NCBI GenBank assembly: GCA_030158115.1
Contig: JAOATK010000004.1
Span: forward strand, 29,739 to 93,738
Length of the DNA stretch: 64,000 bases
Reading direction: 5' to 3'
From: Legionella sp.
Lineage (GTDB): Bacteria > Pseudomonadota > Gammaproteobacteria > Legionellales > Legionellaceae
Shown here piece by piece: positions 11,889 to 20,763 of the stretch (the first letter of the stretch is position 1; each line of letters opens with the position of its first letter). Below the pieces are notes generated by a model that searched no databases, had not been told where the DNA came from, and was given only the letters and a program-made list of their open reading frames with translations. The position numbers and the translations under genes were made by a program.

Positions 11889-12199
11889 GTTTTACCCAAT
11901 CTGGTATTAATATTCGAGTTTGCTTGTTTTGCTACACCATGTCTAGCTAAAAAAATCATATCAACGGCAGGTAATTCCTTTTGCCGAAAGCTTTCTCTCA
12001 ATAGCCGCTTAATACGATTACGATCATGGGCTTTTGCTATCATTTTTTTTGATAGCGCCAACCCTAGTCGAGCATAACCTAAATTATTCTCTCGAAAAAG
12101 AACAATAAATTCGGATGTTACAATTTTTTTTGCCTGATCAAACACATGATCATAATCTTTTTTAATTAATAATCGCTGTGCTTTTTTAAAAGCAAACAC
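11855..12199 (-). CDS. rnpA: Ribonuclease P protein component
   Basis: 114-aa basic protein ([10 protein letters not shown]...[13 protein letters not shown]) in the position after rpmH. The start is GTG. Confidence 0.9.
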   Translation of the reverse strand: MFAFKKAQRLLIKKDYDHVFDQAKKIVTSEFIVLFRENNLGYARLGLALSKKMIAKAHDRNRIKRLLRESFRQKELPAVDMIFLARHGVAKQANSNINTRLGKTWEKLTSCFGK

Positions 12200-12333
12200 T
12201 AGGCGGACAAACGCTTACGGCCTTTAGCACGACGACGTTTAATCACTAATCTTCCTGCACGAGTTGCCATACGTTCACGAAAACCATGATCGCGTTTACG
12301 TTTTAAGTTACTGGGTTGAAAGGTGCGTTTCAT
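12199..12333 (-). CDS. rpmH: 50S ribosomal protein L34
   Basis: Own translation gives [44 protein letters not shown]. This ORF is too short to appear in the ORF track. Confidence 0.95.
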   Translation of the reverse strand: MKRTFQPSNLKRKRDHGFRERMATRAGRLVIKRRRAKGRKRLSA

Positions 12334-12775
12334 GATGAACCTGTAAATAAAATTATGAGGTTGGCAATGATAGAGAACTTTTTTTCTACTGTCAATTTAG
12401 ATAGTTGATTATTTTTTGGTTATTTTGCATTTTGAGTAAAAAATTGAACAGTATTCATGAAAAAACGATTATCTTGTCGCACTGTAATTATTAATATAAG
12501 TTAATCTTTTAAAAAACTTATTGTTATTATTAGTAAGAACAATACCTGTTTATAACTCTATTTTTACTTTTAAATTCAATTGGTTAAGTCGTGTTAAACG
12601 CTGTTTGTAAAGCTCATTATAGACTGTGTCTAATCTGTTGACTGTTTTACGATTAAAGTTACCCACTGATTTATCTTCATCTTATACGCACTATTTAACC
12701 CTAGTTATACATAGTTAACTTGATCCAAAGTGAGTTATATTTGTTCTTTGTTCATCAGTTATTCTTTTCTTTAGG

Positions 12776-13032
12776 TTCTAAATACTTTCGGTAACGCAGG
12801 CGGTAACGGAAACGTTCACGTGAATGAGCGCTACGCGCAACTTTTAGATTAAATTTTTTGTGTTGCTATTTATAATAAAATAGCTTGGATTTCGTTTGGA
12901 AATATAAAATAAACTTTTTTCATAGCTAATCTGGTTGTAACCAACAAGGTTACCAAATTTAATAAACCGCGCGAAAGCGCTCATTCACGTGAACGTTTCC
13001 GTTACCGCCTGCGTTACCGAAAGTATTTTTCA
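12776..13032. other. Long-hairpin module, copy A (52-bp perfect inverted arms 12781-12832 / 12976-13027 around a 143-bp core)
   Basis: AATACTTTCGGTAACGCAGGCGGTAACGGAAACGTTCACGTGAATGAGCGCT and its exact reverse complement. The core is the reverse complement of the core in copy B. Confidence 0.9.
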
Positions 13033-13354
13033 CTAGCAGGAATCATTGCTTACCCACGTTTGCTAATTATTAATATAAGTTAATCTTTTAAATAACTTAT
13101 TGTTATTATTAGTAAGGGCTATATCTGTTAGTAACCCATATTTTGCTTTTACATTCAACAAGTTAACTCTTGTTAAACGCTGTTTGTAAAGTTAGTTATT
13201 GACTGTGACTAATCTGTACATTCTTTTACGATTAAAGTTACCCACTGATTTATCTTCATCTTATACGCAGTATTTAACACTAGTTATACATAGTTAACTT
13301 GATCCAGAGTGAGTTGTATTTGTTCTTTGTTAAGTAATTCTTTTTTTCTTTAGG

Positions 13355-13612
13355 TGAAAAATACTTTCGGTAACGCAGGCGGTAACGGAAACGTTTACGT
13401 GAATGAGCGCTACGCGCGATTTATTAAATTTGGTAAACGTGTTAGTTGCAAACAGATTAGCTACGAAAAAAGTTTATTTTATATTTCCAAATGAAATCAG
13501 AGCCATTTTATTATGAATAGCAACACAAAAGCATTTAATCTAAAAATTGCGCGTAAGCGCTCATTCACGTAAACGTTTCCGTTACCGCCTGCGTTACCGA
13601 AAGTATTTAAAA
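13355..13612. other. Long-hairpin module, copy B, in inverted orientation relative to copy A (arms 13360-13411 / 13556-13607)
   Basis: The arms are identical to copy A except for one compensated change (GTTCACG to GTTTACG on the left, CGTGAAC to CGTAAAC on the right). The 144-bp core is about 88% identical to rc(core A). The 5 bp outside the arms also look flipped. Confidence 0.9.
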
Positions 13613-13823
13613 CCCGCAGGAATCATTACTTACCCACTGATTTATCTCCATCTTATACGCACTATTTAACCCTACTTATACATAGTTAACTTGATCCAAA
13701 GTGAGTTTTTTTGTCCTGCGCAAAGACGAATTATTAGCCATTTTATTAAAATGGCTAAAGTCCAGTACTTCCAACTCACGCGTTTTTATATATAATCTTG
13801 GAATGTATTTAAGGGATATCAAT

Positions 13824-15776
13824 ATGAAAAAATGGAATTTAGTTAACAAAATACTTTTTGGCGCATGGGCTTTACTGACCATGACCCAGACTTATGCCGG
13901 AATACCCCTTTGGACGTTTGAGCCGCTTACTGCAACCACAATCAGTGTTACAGCAACTGGTACGGCAAACATCAAGTACCGAGTTACCAATCAATCGAAA
14001 AAATCACATACCTTGTCGATGCGACTGATACCAGGTATTACTCAAGAGACAACAGCAGGCTATTGCTCTAGTCCCTTTGTTTTGGCTTATCAGCAATCAT
14101 GCACCTTAGGCTTATCAGTGAATGGAGGTTCCTTATCAGGAAATGTGGTTGGAGGGCCCATAGTATGCCAAGGAGGCAATCCTTTGCAATGTTATCAACC
14201 AAGCCAGGCAAATAGTTTAAATATTACTAAAATTTCAAGCTTTACAGTAGGAGGTACCGTTACGGGTCTTACAGAAACGGTGACCCTGTTAAACAATAAT
14301 ACGAACTCAACTCTGATTAGCAGGGATGGCTCGTTTACTTTTTCAACTCCCATTGCGAATGGTAGCACCTATTCAGTGACGGTAGGAACCCAACCGCCAG
14401 ACCAAACCTGTACCGTATTCAATGGCACAGGCACCGTAAATGGTGCTGATGTGACCAATGTCGTAGTGACCTGCTCTACGAATGCTTACTATGTAGGAGG
14501 TACTATTTCGGGTCTTACAGGAACAGTGGTCTTGTTAAACAATGACACGAACCCCACCGCGAGAAGCACGAACGATGGTTTTATCTTTTCAATTCCGATT
14601 GCAGATGGTAGTCCTTACTCAGTGACAGTAGCAACCCAACCTGTAGATCAAACTTGTTCAGTAGCTAATGGTACTGGCATCATGAGTGGTGCTGATGTGG
14701 ATGATGTCGTAGTAACTTGCTCTGCGGATACTTACAAGGTTGGAGGTAACATTACGGGTCTTGCTCAAGGAGAAACAGTGACTTTGTTAAACAATGGCAC
14801 GGATGCTACTTTGTTTAGCGCGAACGGTGCTTTTGCCTTCCCAACTGAGATTGCAGATGGTAGCCCTTACGCGGTTACGGTGAAAACCCAACCTATAGCT
14901 CAAACGTGTACAGTAGTGAACGGCACTGGCACCATAACAGGTGGAAATGTAACCAATGTCGCAGTGACTTGCGTTACTCAGAACACAACCCTACGGGTAA
15001 GTGCTACGGGAACTATTCCTGTTAATAATGGTACTAACACGCTCACTGTAACCAATATCGGAACAACCTTTGCTGCGCTAAAAGTTCATGCCGTATTGCC
15101 TAGTGGTTGGACTACTAATGTAACACAAAATGTCGCAGATTGTGATGAAATAGCACCGGGTGATTCGTGTGGATTAGTATTTTCTTCAACCCAACCATAT
15201 GTAGCCCAAGGAAATATTACGATTACGGGGGATAACATTACCTCGCCACCAACAACAGCACTTGCATTTACTGCTACTGCTAGTAATTATTTAATTTGGA
15301 ATGTAACACCCATATCAGTAAACGTCATTGGTACGTTTAACTCGTTAACACCAGGGGCATTGCCGTGGGGGTCTTTGGCTCCACCAGCTGGGGCTACAAG
15401 TAATACGGACGGCAAAACTAATACAACTAATATTGTTACTGCGCTAGGAGTCGGCAACTATGCAGCATATTTCTGCTATAGCACTGATCCGCTAGGTTCG
15501 TGGTATTTACCTGCGATTTGTGAAATGAGCGAATCATCATATGCTGGATGTCCTACTATTAACAATATTGATACCAACTTGGTTCAGCTTGGTTTTGGCG
15601 GACTTTCGGAACCATCAACCAACATCTTCTGGAGTTCTACCGAGATGACAGGGTTTGGCGATATCAACGCATTTGATCAGACCTACATCACGGGTGGCAA
15701 GAGCACGGTGTATTATAATCTTAAGGTCGTGCCAAGATATGTTATTTGTTCTCTGAGTTTAAATCCTTTTCCTTGA
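13824..15776 (+). CDS. Secreted Lcl-like surface protein: signal peptide, Cys-containing N-domain, three ~83-aa beta-sandwich-like repeats, C-terminal DUF1566 (Lcl C-terminal) domain
   Basis: Start taken at ATG 13824 (AAGGGA SD; MKKWNLVNKILFGAWALLTMTQTYAG signal peptide). Three repeats match VGGxxTGL..TVxLLNN..(8-9 aa)..G.F.F...IA.GS.Y.VTV.TQP..QTC.V.NGTG...G..V..V.VTC. The C-terminus WYLPAICEM...IFWSSTEM resembles DUF1566. Confidence 0.8.
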   Translation: MKKWNLVNKILFGAWALLTMTQTYAGIPLWTFEPLTATTISVTATGTANIKYRVTNQSKKSHTLSMRLIPGITQETTAGYCSSPFVLAYQQSCTLGLSVNGGSLSGNVVGGPIVCQGGNPLQCYQPSQANSLNITKISSFTVGGTVTGLTETVTLLNNNTNSTLISRDGSFTFSTPIANGSTYSVTVGTQPPDQTCTVFNGTGTVNGADVTNVVVTCSTNAYYVGGTISGLTGTVVLLNNDTNPTARSTNDGFIFSIPIADGSPYSVTVATQPVDQTCSVANGTGIMSGADVDDVVVTCSADTYKVGGNITGLAQGETVTLLNNGTDATLFSANGAFAFPTEIADGSPYAVTVKTQPIAQTCTVVNGTGTITGGNVTNVAVTCVTQNTTLRVSATGTIPVNNGTNTLTVTNIGTTFAALKVHAVLPSGWTTNVTQNVADCDEIAPGDSCGLVFSSTQPYVAQGNITITGDNITSPPTTALAFTATASNYLIWNVTPISVNVIGTFNSLTPGALPWGSLAPPAGATSNTDGKTNTTNIVTALGVGNYAAYFCYSTDPLGSWYLPAICEMSESSYAGCPTINNIDTNLVQLGFGGLSEPSTNIFWSSTEMTGFGDINAFDQTYITGGKSTVYYNLKVVPRYVICSLSLNPFP

Positions 15777-15883
15777 TGGTCGATTTAATTAGAGAGAATT
15801 CGCTTTAGGATAAGGAATGGCAGTTTTGAAAAATGTCGTGTATTTTAGTGCGTTAGCCTGTTTTTAGTAAGCAAGGAGCCTTA

Positions 15884-16624
15884 ATGAACAAGAATTCTGT
15901 GGTGCTGATGTTGTTAACAAGTTTTTTAACTGGTAATGCGTTTGCGGGCTCAATGGGGCAACCTGATTGGGCTTGGGTAGGCACGTTGAGCATGGGGCCT
16001 GCCTGGCAAAGCAATGGTGTCACACAAACCTTTTATTTGGCACCAGAAATTGAAAAAACCTATGTGGCGAATCAAACTTCAAGTACTTTATTCAATGGCG
16101 AGTTGTTTGTTGGTCTGCAAGATAGACTCTCGCAAACTTTTTACGGTCAGATTGGGTTAGCACTTGCTGTAACTAGTAGTGCTAATCTTTCGGGCGTGAT
16201 TTGGGATGATGCAGATCCTCAGTTTGATAATTATACTTACAGCTACAAAATACAACACACTCAGCTTACGGTAAAAAGTAAGCTCCTAGCAGATATGGGT
16301 TATTGGCTTGATCCGTGGATAAGTGGAAGTTTGGGTGTTGGGTTTAACAGCGCTCATTCTTTCGGTGATACACCCACAATTTTTGAAGCCCTTCCTAATC
16401 CCAATTTTGGATCTCACACTGAACTGGCATGGGCCTATTCTCTAGGTGTTGGTGTACAAAAAGTACTAAATGAGGATTGGCAGATTGGGGTGGGTTACGA
16501 ATTTGAAGCCGACTGGGGCAAGAGTAGTCTTGGCCGAGCTGAGGGACAAACACTAAACAGTGGTCTTTGGCTGAATCACCTTTACTCCAATGGTATTTTA
16601 TTTAACATTACTTATGTGGCATAA
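15884..16624 (+). CDS. Outer-membrane beta-barrel protein (246 aa)
   Basis: Signal peptide ending NAFAG, alternating amphipathic strands with aromatic girdles (GVGVQKVL...WQIGVGYEFE), and an AAGGAG SD. Confidence 0.6.
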   Translation: MNKNSVVLMLLTSFLTGNAFAGSMGQPDWAWVGTLSMGPAWQSNGVTQTFYLAPEIEKTYVANQTSSTLFNGELFVGLQDRLSQTFYGQIGLALAVTSSANLSGVIWDDADPQFDNYTYSYKIQHTQLTVKSKLLADMGYWLDPWISGSLGVGFNSAHSFGDTPTIFEALPNPNFGSHTELAWAYSLGVGVQKVLNEDWQIGVGYEFEADWGKSSLGRAEGQTLNSGLWLNHLYSNGILFNITYVA

Positions 16625-16663
16625 GGATGCATTGGTGCGCTGTCATTAAGTCTAGCATTTAGT

Positions 16664-16796
16664 ATCAAAAGTAGCCTGGATGCAGCGAAGCGTAATCCGG
16701 GAGTTCCCGCGAAGCTGCTCAATTGCTATAATTAAGGTGCCATGCTTTGCATGGTCTTCCCGGATTTCGCTTCGCTGCATCCAGGCTACTTTTGAT
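16664..16796. repeat. REP-like palindromic element, family 2 (ATCAAAAGTAGCCTGGATGCAGCGAAGCGTAATCCGGGA ... rc)
   Basis: 39-bp arms with one mismatch around a ~55-nt centre that contains its own small hairpin (CCATGC-TT-GCATGG). Confidence 0.9.
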
Positions 16797-16898
16797 TTTT
16801 CCCCATGGAGGGATAATGGATAATATCCTTAGGCAGTGTGCCATTAGCGGCATCTAGATCGCCTCAAGCAAGAATTATCTGATTTATTCATTTTTATT

Positions 16899-16907
16899 TG
16901 TGGATAA
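16899..16907 (-). promoter_or_regulatory. Consensus DnaA box (TGTGGATAA = rc of TTATCCACA)
   Basis: Perfect 9-mer whose 3' end lies 3 bp upstream of the -35 hexamer (16910) of the predicted dnaA promoter. Confidence 0.7.
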
Positions 16908-16909
16908 CT

Positions 16910-16938
16910 TTGCCTTTGCCTTAAAGCCTGGGTATAAT
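16910..16938 (+). promoter_or_regulatory. Candidate sigma70 promoter of dnaA (TTGCCT-17 nt-TATAAT)
   Basis: Perfect -10 at 16933-16938 and a 4/6 -35 at 16910-16915 with a 17-nt spacer. Confidence 0.45.
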
Positions 16939-17035
16939 TCCTTTTTAGTATCTTAGTGAATTTCAACTTTTTAACCGTGAAGTTCATGCTTATTTGTCTT
17001 GCTGTTTCGGTACATTCAGTGGCACTATTTATATT

Positions 17036-17044
17036 CGTGGATAA
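17036..17044 (-). promoter_or_regulatory. DnaA box with one mismatch (CGTGGATAA)
   Basis: 8/9 match to the consensus, located in the dnaA leader. Confidence 0.5.
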
Positions 17045-17180
17045 TTAGATCTAACCTAATGTAAGCAACTTTCTCGTTGTATGAGTTACCTGTGTAATGA
17101 GTTTTAAACTCAGCTTATGGTGTGGTAATTTTTTGGGTTTAATTCTCTTTTTACCATCCTTCTTTGATAGGAGTTATGCT

Positions 17181-18560
17181 GTGTCAGCAGCTGTTTGGCA
17201 AAAATGTTTGGGTTTATTGCAAGATGAATATTCTGCACAACAATTTAATACGTGGTTACGTCCTTTACAGGCTCACATAGAAGAGCAGCGCTTTGTATTG
17301 TTTGCGCCGAATCGTTTTGTTGTTGATTGGGTGAAAAAGCATTTTTTCTCACGCATTGAAGAGTTAATTAAACAATTTAGTGGGGAAGATATTAAGTCAA
17401 TTTCTATTGAAATTGGCAGTAAGGCTTCTGAGTCAAGCGCCTCTTCTTCTGCTGATGTGAGTGGGGCAATGACTACTACTCATACAACAACAGAGGTTAT
17501 GATAGGAAAATCGGCTCCTAAAAAGGCAGTGGATTACAAAAGTAGCCATTTAAATAAAAAGTTTTTATTTGAAAGCTTTGTGGAAGGTAACTCGAACCAA
17601 TTGGCTCGTGCAGCCTCTATGCAGGTGGCGGAGCGTCCTGGAGATGCTTATAACCCCTTGTTTATCTATGGTGGTGTTGGTTTAGGTAAAACCCATTTAA
17701 TGCACGCCATTGGTAATGAGATTCTTAGAAATAATCCTGATGCAAAAATATTATATTTGCATTCGGAGCGTTTTGTGGCAGATATGGTTAAAGCGCTACA
17801 AACTAATTCAATTAATGAATTTAAACGTTTTTATCGTTCTCTTAATGCCTTATTAATTGATGATATTCAATTTTTTGCTGGTAAAGACCGCTCTCAGGAA
17901 GAGTTTTTTCATACGTTTAATGCATTACTTGAAGGTCAACAACAAATTATTTTAACCAGTGATCGTTATCCTAAAGAAATTGAAGGCATGGAAGAGCGAT
18001 TGAAATCTCGTTTTGGTTGGGGGCTTACTGTTGCTGTAGAGCCTCCGGAGTTAGAGACTCGCGTAGCTATTTTAATTAGTAAAGCTGAGCAATCTAACAT
18101 CGAATTACCTTATGAAGTGGCTTTTTTTATTGCCAAACGTATTCGCTCAAATGTTAGAGAACTCGAAGGCGCTTTGCGACGTGTTATTGCGAATGCTCAT
18201 TTTACAGGTAGGCCGATTACCGTTGAATTTGTTCACGAAGCCTTGCGAGATCTTTTGGCATTGCAAGACAAATTAGTCACTATAGAAAATATTCAGAAAA
18301 CTGTTGCTGAATATTATAAGGTTAAAGTGGCGGATTTATTATCCAAGCGCCGCAGTCGCTCCATTGCAAGACCAAGGCAAATGGCCATGGCCTTGAGTAA
18401 GGAATTAACGAACCATAGTTTGCCTGAAATTGGGGATCATTTTGGTGGCCGCGATCATACTACGGTTATTCACGCATGTAGGAAGGTTAAGGAGTTGGTC
18501 CAGGATGAGAGTGATTTTGCTGAAGATCATAAAAATTTGATGCGGATTTTATCTTCTTAA
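17181..18560 (+). CDS. dnaA: Chromosomal replication initiator protein DnaA
   Basis: AAA+ motifs ([23 protein letters not shown]) and a C-terminal DNA-binding domain ([21 protein letters not shown]). Start taken at GTG 17181, 7 nt after AGGAG. The track ORF adds an implausible hydrophobic extension. Confidence 0.95.
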   Translation: MSAAVWQKCLGLLQDEYSAQQFNTWLRPLQAHIEEQRFVLFAPNRFVVDWVKKHFFSRIEELIKQFSGEDIKSISIEIGSKASESSASSSADVSGAMTTTHTTTEVMIGKSAPKKAVDYKSSHLNKKFLFESFVEGNSNQLARAASMQVAERPGDAYNPLFIYGGVGLGKTHLMHAIGNEILRNNPDAKILYLHSERFVADMVKALQTNSINEFKRFYRSLNALLIDDIQFFAGKDRSQEEFFHTFNALLEGQQQIILTSDRYPKEIEGMEERLKSRFGWGLTVAVEPPELETRVAILISKAEQSNIELPYEVAFFIAKRIRSNVRELEGALRRVIANAHFTGRPITVEFVHEALRDLLALQDKLVTIENIQKTVAEYYKVKVADLLSKRRSRSIARPRQMAMALSKELTNHSLPEIGDHFGGRDHTTVIHACRKVKELVQDESDFAEDHKNLMRILSS

Positions 18561-18573
18561 TAGGGAGTCTATT

Positions 18574-19677
18574 GTGTTTGAATTCACTATAAAAAAGGAA
18601 AATTTACTAACTCCTCTTCTTACTGTTGCTGGAGCTGTTGATAAAAAACAATCTTTAGCCATTTTATCTAATTTTTTATTTAAGGTATCCGATGGGTTGT
18701 TATGCATCACGGCAACTGATTTAGAAATAGAAATTTCCGCTCAGGTTGCCTGCGAGTCAAAGCAGACTACAGGCGCTATTACAGTCCCTGCGAAAAAATT
18801 TATTGATATTATTCGTTCTTTGGATGATGAGGCTTGTCCTGCTTTTAAGGTCGATAATGGCGTTCTGACGATTAAGCAAGGGCGTAGTTCATTTAAGCTT
18901 ACCACCTTGCCAGCAAATGATTATCCTTTGAGTGAAGATGAGTGCAATGAGGTTGAATTAAATATTCCTCGTCTAGTTTTGCTCCAATTATTGCAGTCGA
19001 CTCATTTTTCAATGTCTCAGCAAGATGTACGTGTATTTCTTAATGGTTTATACCTTGATTTTGAGCCAAACCTTATTTCCGCAGTAGCTACTGATGGACA
19101 TCGAATGGCCATTAGTCGTTATCAATGCACCCATGTCAGTGATAAAAAATTACTTTTACCTAAAAAAGGTGTTCAAGAGTTAATGCGACTTCTTAATTGC
19201 ATTGATGATGAGGAAGTTTTGTTAGCGGCAGGAAAGTCACATTTTAAACTGGTCAGTAGTCAATTTGTTTTTTTATCAAAATTAATTGAGGCTCGCTTTC
19301 CCCCTTATGGAAAAGCAATTCCTCGTAATCAAGATAAACAAATTACTGTTGATTGTGCCACGTTCAAACGTTCATTATCTCGCACTGTTATCTTAGCCCA
19401 TGAGAAGTCTAAAGCGGTTATGCTGCACATGCAGCCTGGTTTGTTGACATTAATTGCTAACAATAATGAGCAAGAAGAAGCGATGGAGTCCCTAGTGGTT
19501 GACACGGTGGGCGACGAGCTAAAAATCGGACTTAATGCCACTTATTTGCTCGATGTGCTCTCTCATTTTGGAGAAGGACAAATTCGCTTATCCTTATCTA
19601 ACACAGACAGCAGTATTCTAATTGAGTCATTAGAAAATGATCAGTACCAGTATATAATTATGCCTATGAAGATATGA
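18574..19677 (+). CDS. dnaN: DNA polymerase III beta sliding clamp
   Basis: 367 aa with typical beta-clamp sequence, in canonical position after dnaA. The start is GTG. Confidence 0.95.
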   Translation: MFEFTIKKENLLTPLLTVAGAVDKKQSLAILSNFLFKVSDGLLCITATDLEIEISAQVACESKQTTGAITVPAKKFIDIIRSLDDEACPAFKVDNGVLTIKQGRSSFKLTTLPANDYPLSEDECNEVELNIPRLVLLQLLQSTHFSMSQQDVRVFLNGLYLDFEPNLISAVATDGHRMAISRYQCTHVSDKKLLLPKKGVQELMRLLNCIDDEEVLLAAGKSHFKLVSSQFVFLSKLIEARFPPYGKAIPRNQDKQITVDCATFKRSLSRTVILAHEKSKAVMLHMQPGLLTLIANNNEQEEAMESLVVDTVGDELKIGLNATYLLDVLSHFGEGQIRLSLSNTDSSILIESLENDQYQYIIMPMKI

Positions 19678-20738
19678 TTCTTACCCAATTAAAAATTCAT
19701 AATTTGCGTAATGTTTTATCAGCGCACTTGATACTCAATACTAAGTTTAATTTTATTTTTGGGGCTAACGGAAGTGGAAAAACTTCCGTTCTTGAAGCCC
19801 TCTATCTGCTTAGCTGTGGCCATTCTTTTCGTTCTCGCGAAATTTCTCCGATTATTAATCATGAACAATCCTCCTTTACTGTTTTTGCACGTGGTGCTGA
19901 GCAAGAAACAATAAGTATACAAAAATCCGCTTTTAACGCGACGCAAATCAAGCTTAATAATCAGTTTTGTTCCACTACAAGTCAATTAGCTTATGCACTA
20001 CCTTGCCAAATTTTTTACTCAGATATTTTTCAAATCATTGACGCTGGTGCTGCTGTACGGAGAAGTGTTTTAGATTGGGGATTGTTTCACGTGAAACCTA
20101 ATTATCTTCTTTTATTAAAAGAATATAGAAAAATACTAAAACAACGCAATGCCTTATTAAAAAAACATGCTCCTTATGCACACTTTGTCCCTTGGGATAA
20201 ACAGCTTAGTGAATTGGCAGAACAATTACATCTGCTAAGAACTAATTATTTCATGCAATGGGAGAAAGAGTTTTTAAAAGTATTGTCACAGTTAAGCGAT
20301 CTTGACTGTACCATTAGTTATTATAAAGGCTGGGATAAAAAAAATAGCGGGAAAAATTTAGAGCAAGTACTTATTGATAGTTTTGAAAGTGATAATCATA
20401 AATTATACACGCAATACGGAGCGCATCAGGCAGATATTATTATTGAAAGCAATTCCAATAAAGCCAAGCAGTTTTTATCTCGTGGACAGCAAAAAATAAT
20501 TTTAATGGCTTTAAAATTATCTCAGTCTAATCTCTTGAGTCAAGATTGCTTGTATCTTATTGATGATTTACCCGCAGAGCTTGATGAGTTGCACCAAAAG
20601 AAATTATTAATTTATTTATCCGGGATGAAAGGACAATATGTTATTACAACTAATGCAAATCCTGATAATTTGAGTGCGTATTGTTCAGCCCCGGATTATA
20701 CAACGCATCAAATCATTAATGGTCAACTCAGTAACTAA
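19674..20738 (+). CDS. recF: DNA replication/repair protein RecF
   Basis: Walker A GANGSGKTSVLEA and an ABC-like signature SRGQQK. It overlaps the dnaN stop by 4 nt. Confidence 0.95.
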   Translation: MILTQLKIHNLRNVLSAHLILNTKFNFIFGANGSGKTSVLEALYLLSCGHSFRSREISPIINHEQSSFTVFARGAEQETISIQKSAFNATQIKLNNQFCSTTSQLAYALPCQIFYSDIFQIIDAGAAVRRSVLDWGLFHVKPNYLLLLKEYRKILKQRNALLKKHAPYAHFVPWDKQLSELAEQLHLLRTNYFMQWEKEFLKVLSQLSDLDCTISYYKGWDKKNSGKNLEQVLIDSFESDNHKLYTQYGAHQADIIIESNSNKAKQFLSRGQQKIILMALKLSQSNLLSQDCLYLIDDLPAELDELHQKKLLIYLSGMKGQYVITTNANPDNLSAYCSAPDYTTHQIINGQLSN

Positions 20739-20763
20739 TCTAAATCGTATTAAAAGAATTACT

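Larger units (their letters stand above)
12485..13707. repeat. Tandem direct duplication with a 579-bp period (unit A 12485-13063, unit B 13064-13629), plus a third copy of the 78-bp Y module (13630-13707)
   Basis: Read by eye. The units are about 85-90% identical in the X module. The Y module (12659-12736, 13238-13315, 13630-13707) is about 96-97% identical between copies. Confidence 0.9.

Noticed and set aside
12839-12968. Small ORF inside hairpin core A (minus strand, MKKVYFIFPNEIQAILL, 17 aa).
   Set aside because: The start codon is ACG in the copy-B equivalent, so the ORF is not conserved between the two copies.
13701-13823. N-terminal 41-codon extension of the adhesin ORF given in the track (MSFFVLRKDELL...).
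   Set aside because: The extension begins inside the third Y repeat and has no SD. The internal ATG at 13824 has an AAGGGA SD and gives a canonical signal peptide. The antisense ORF 13676-13882 is likewise discarded.
12334-17180. Searched this interval, and the whole window, for a site-specific recombinase/invertase, integrase or transposase that could act on the hairpin modules.
   Set aside because: None found: no ORF with serine- or tyrosine-recombinase or DDE motifs. The only transposase-like trace is the weak remnant at 63640-63768. The switch hypothesis therefore depends on a factor encoded elsewhere.
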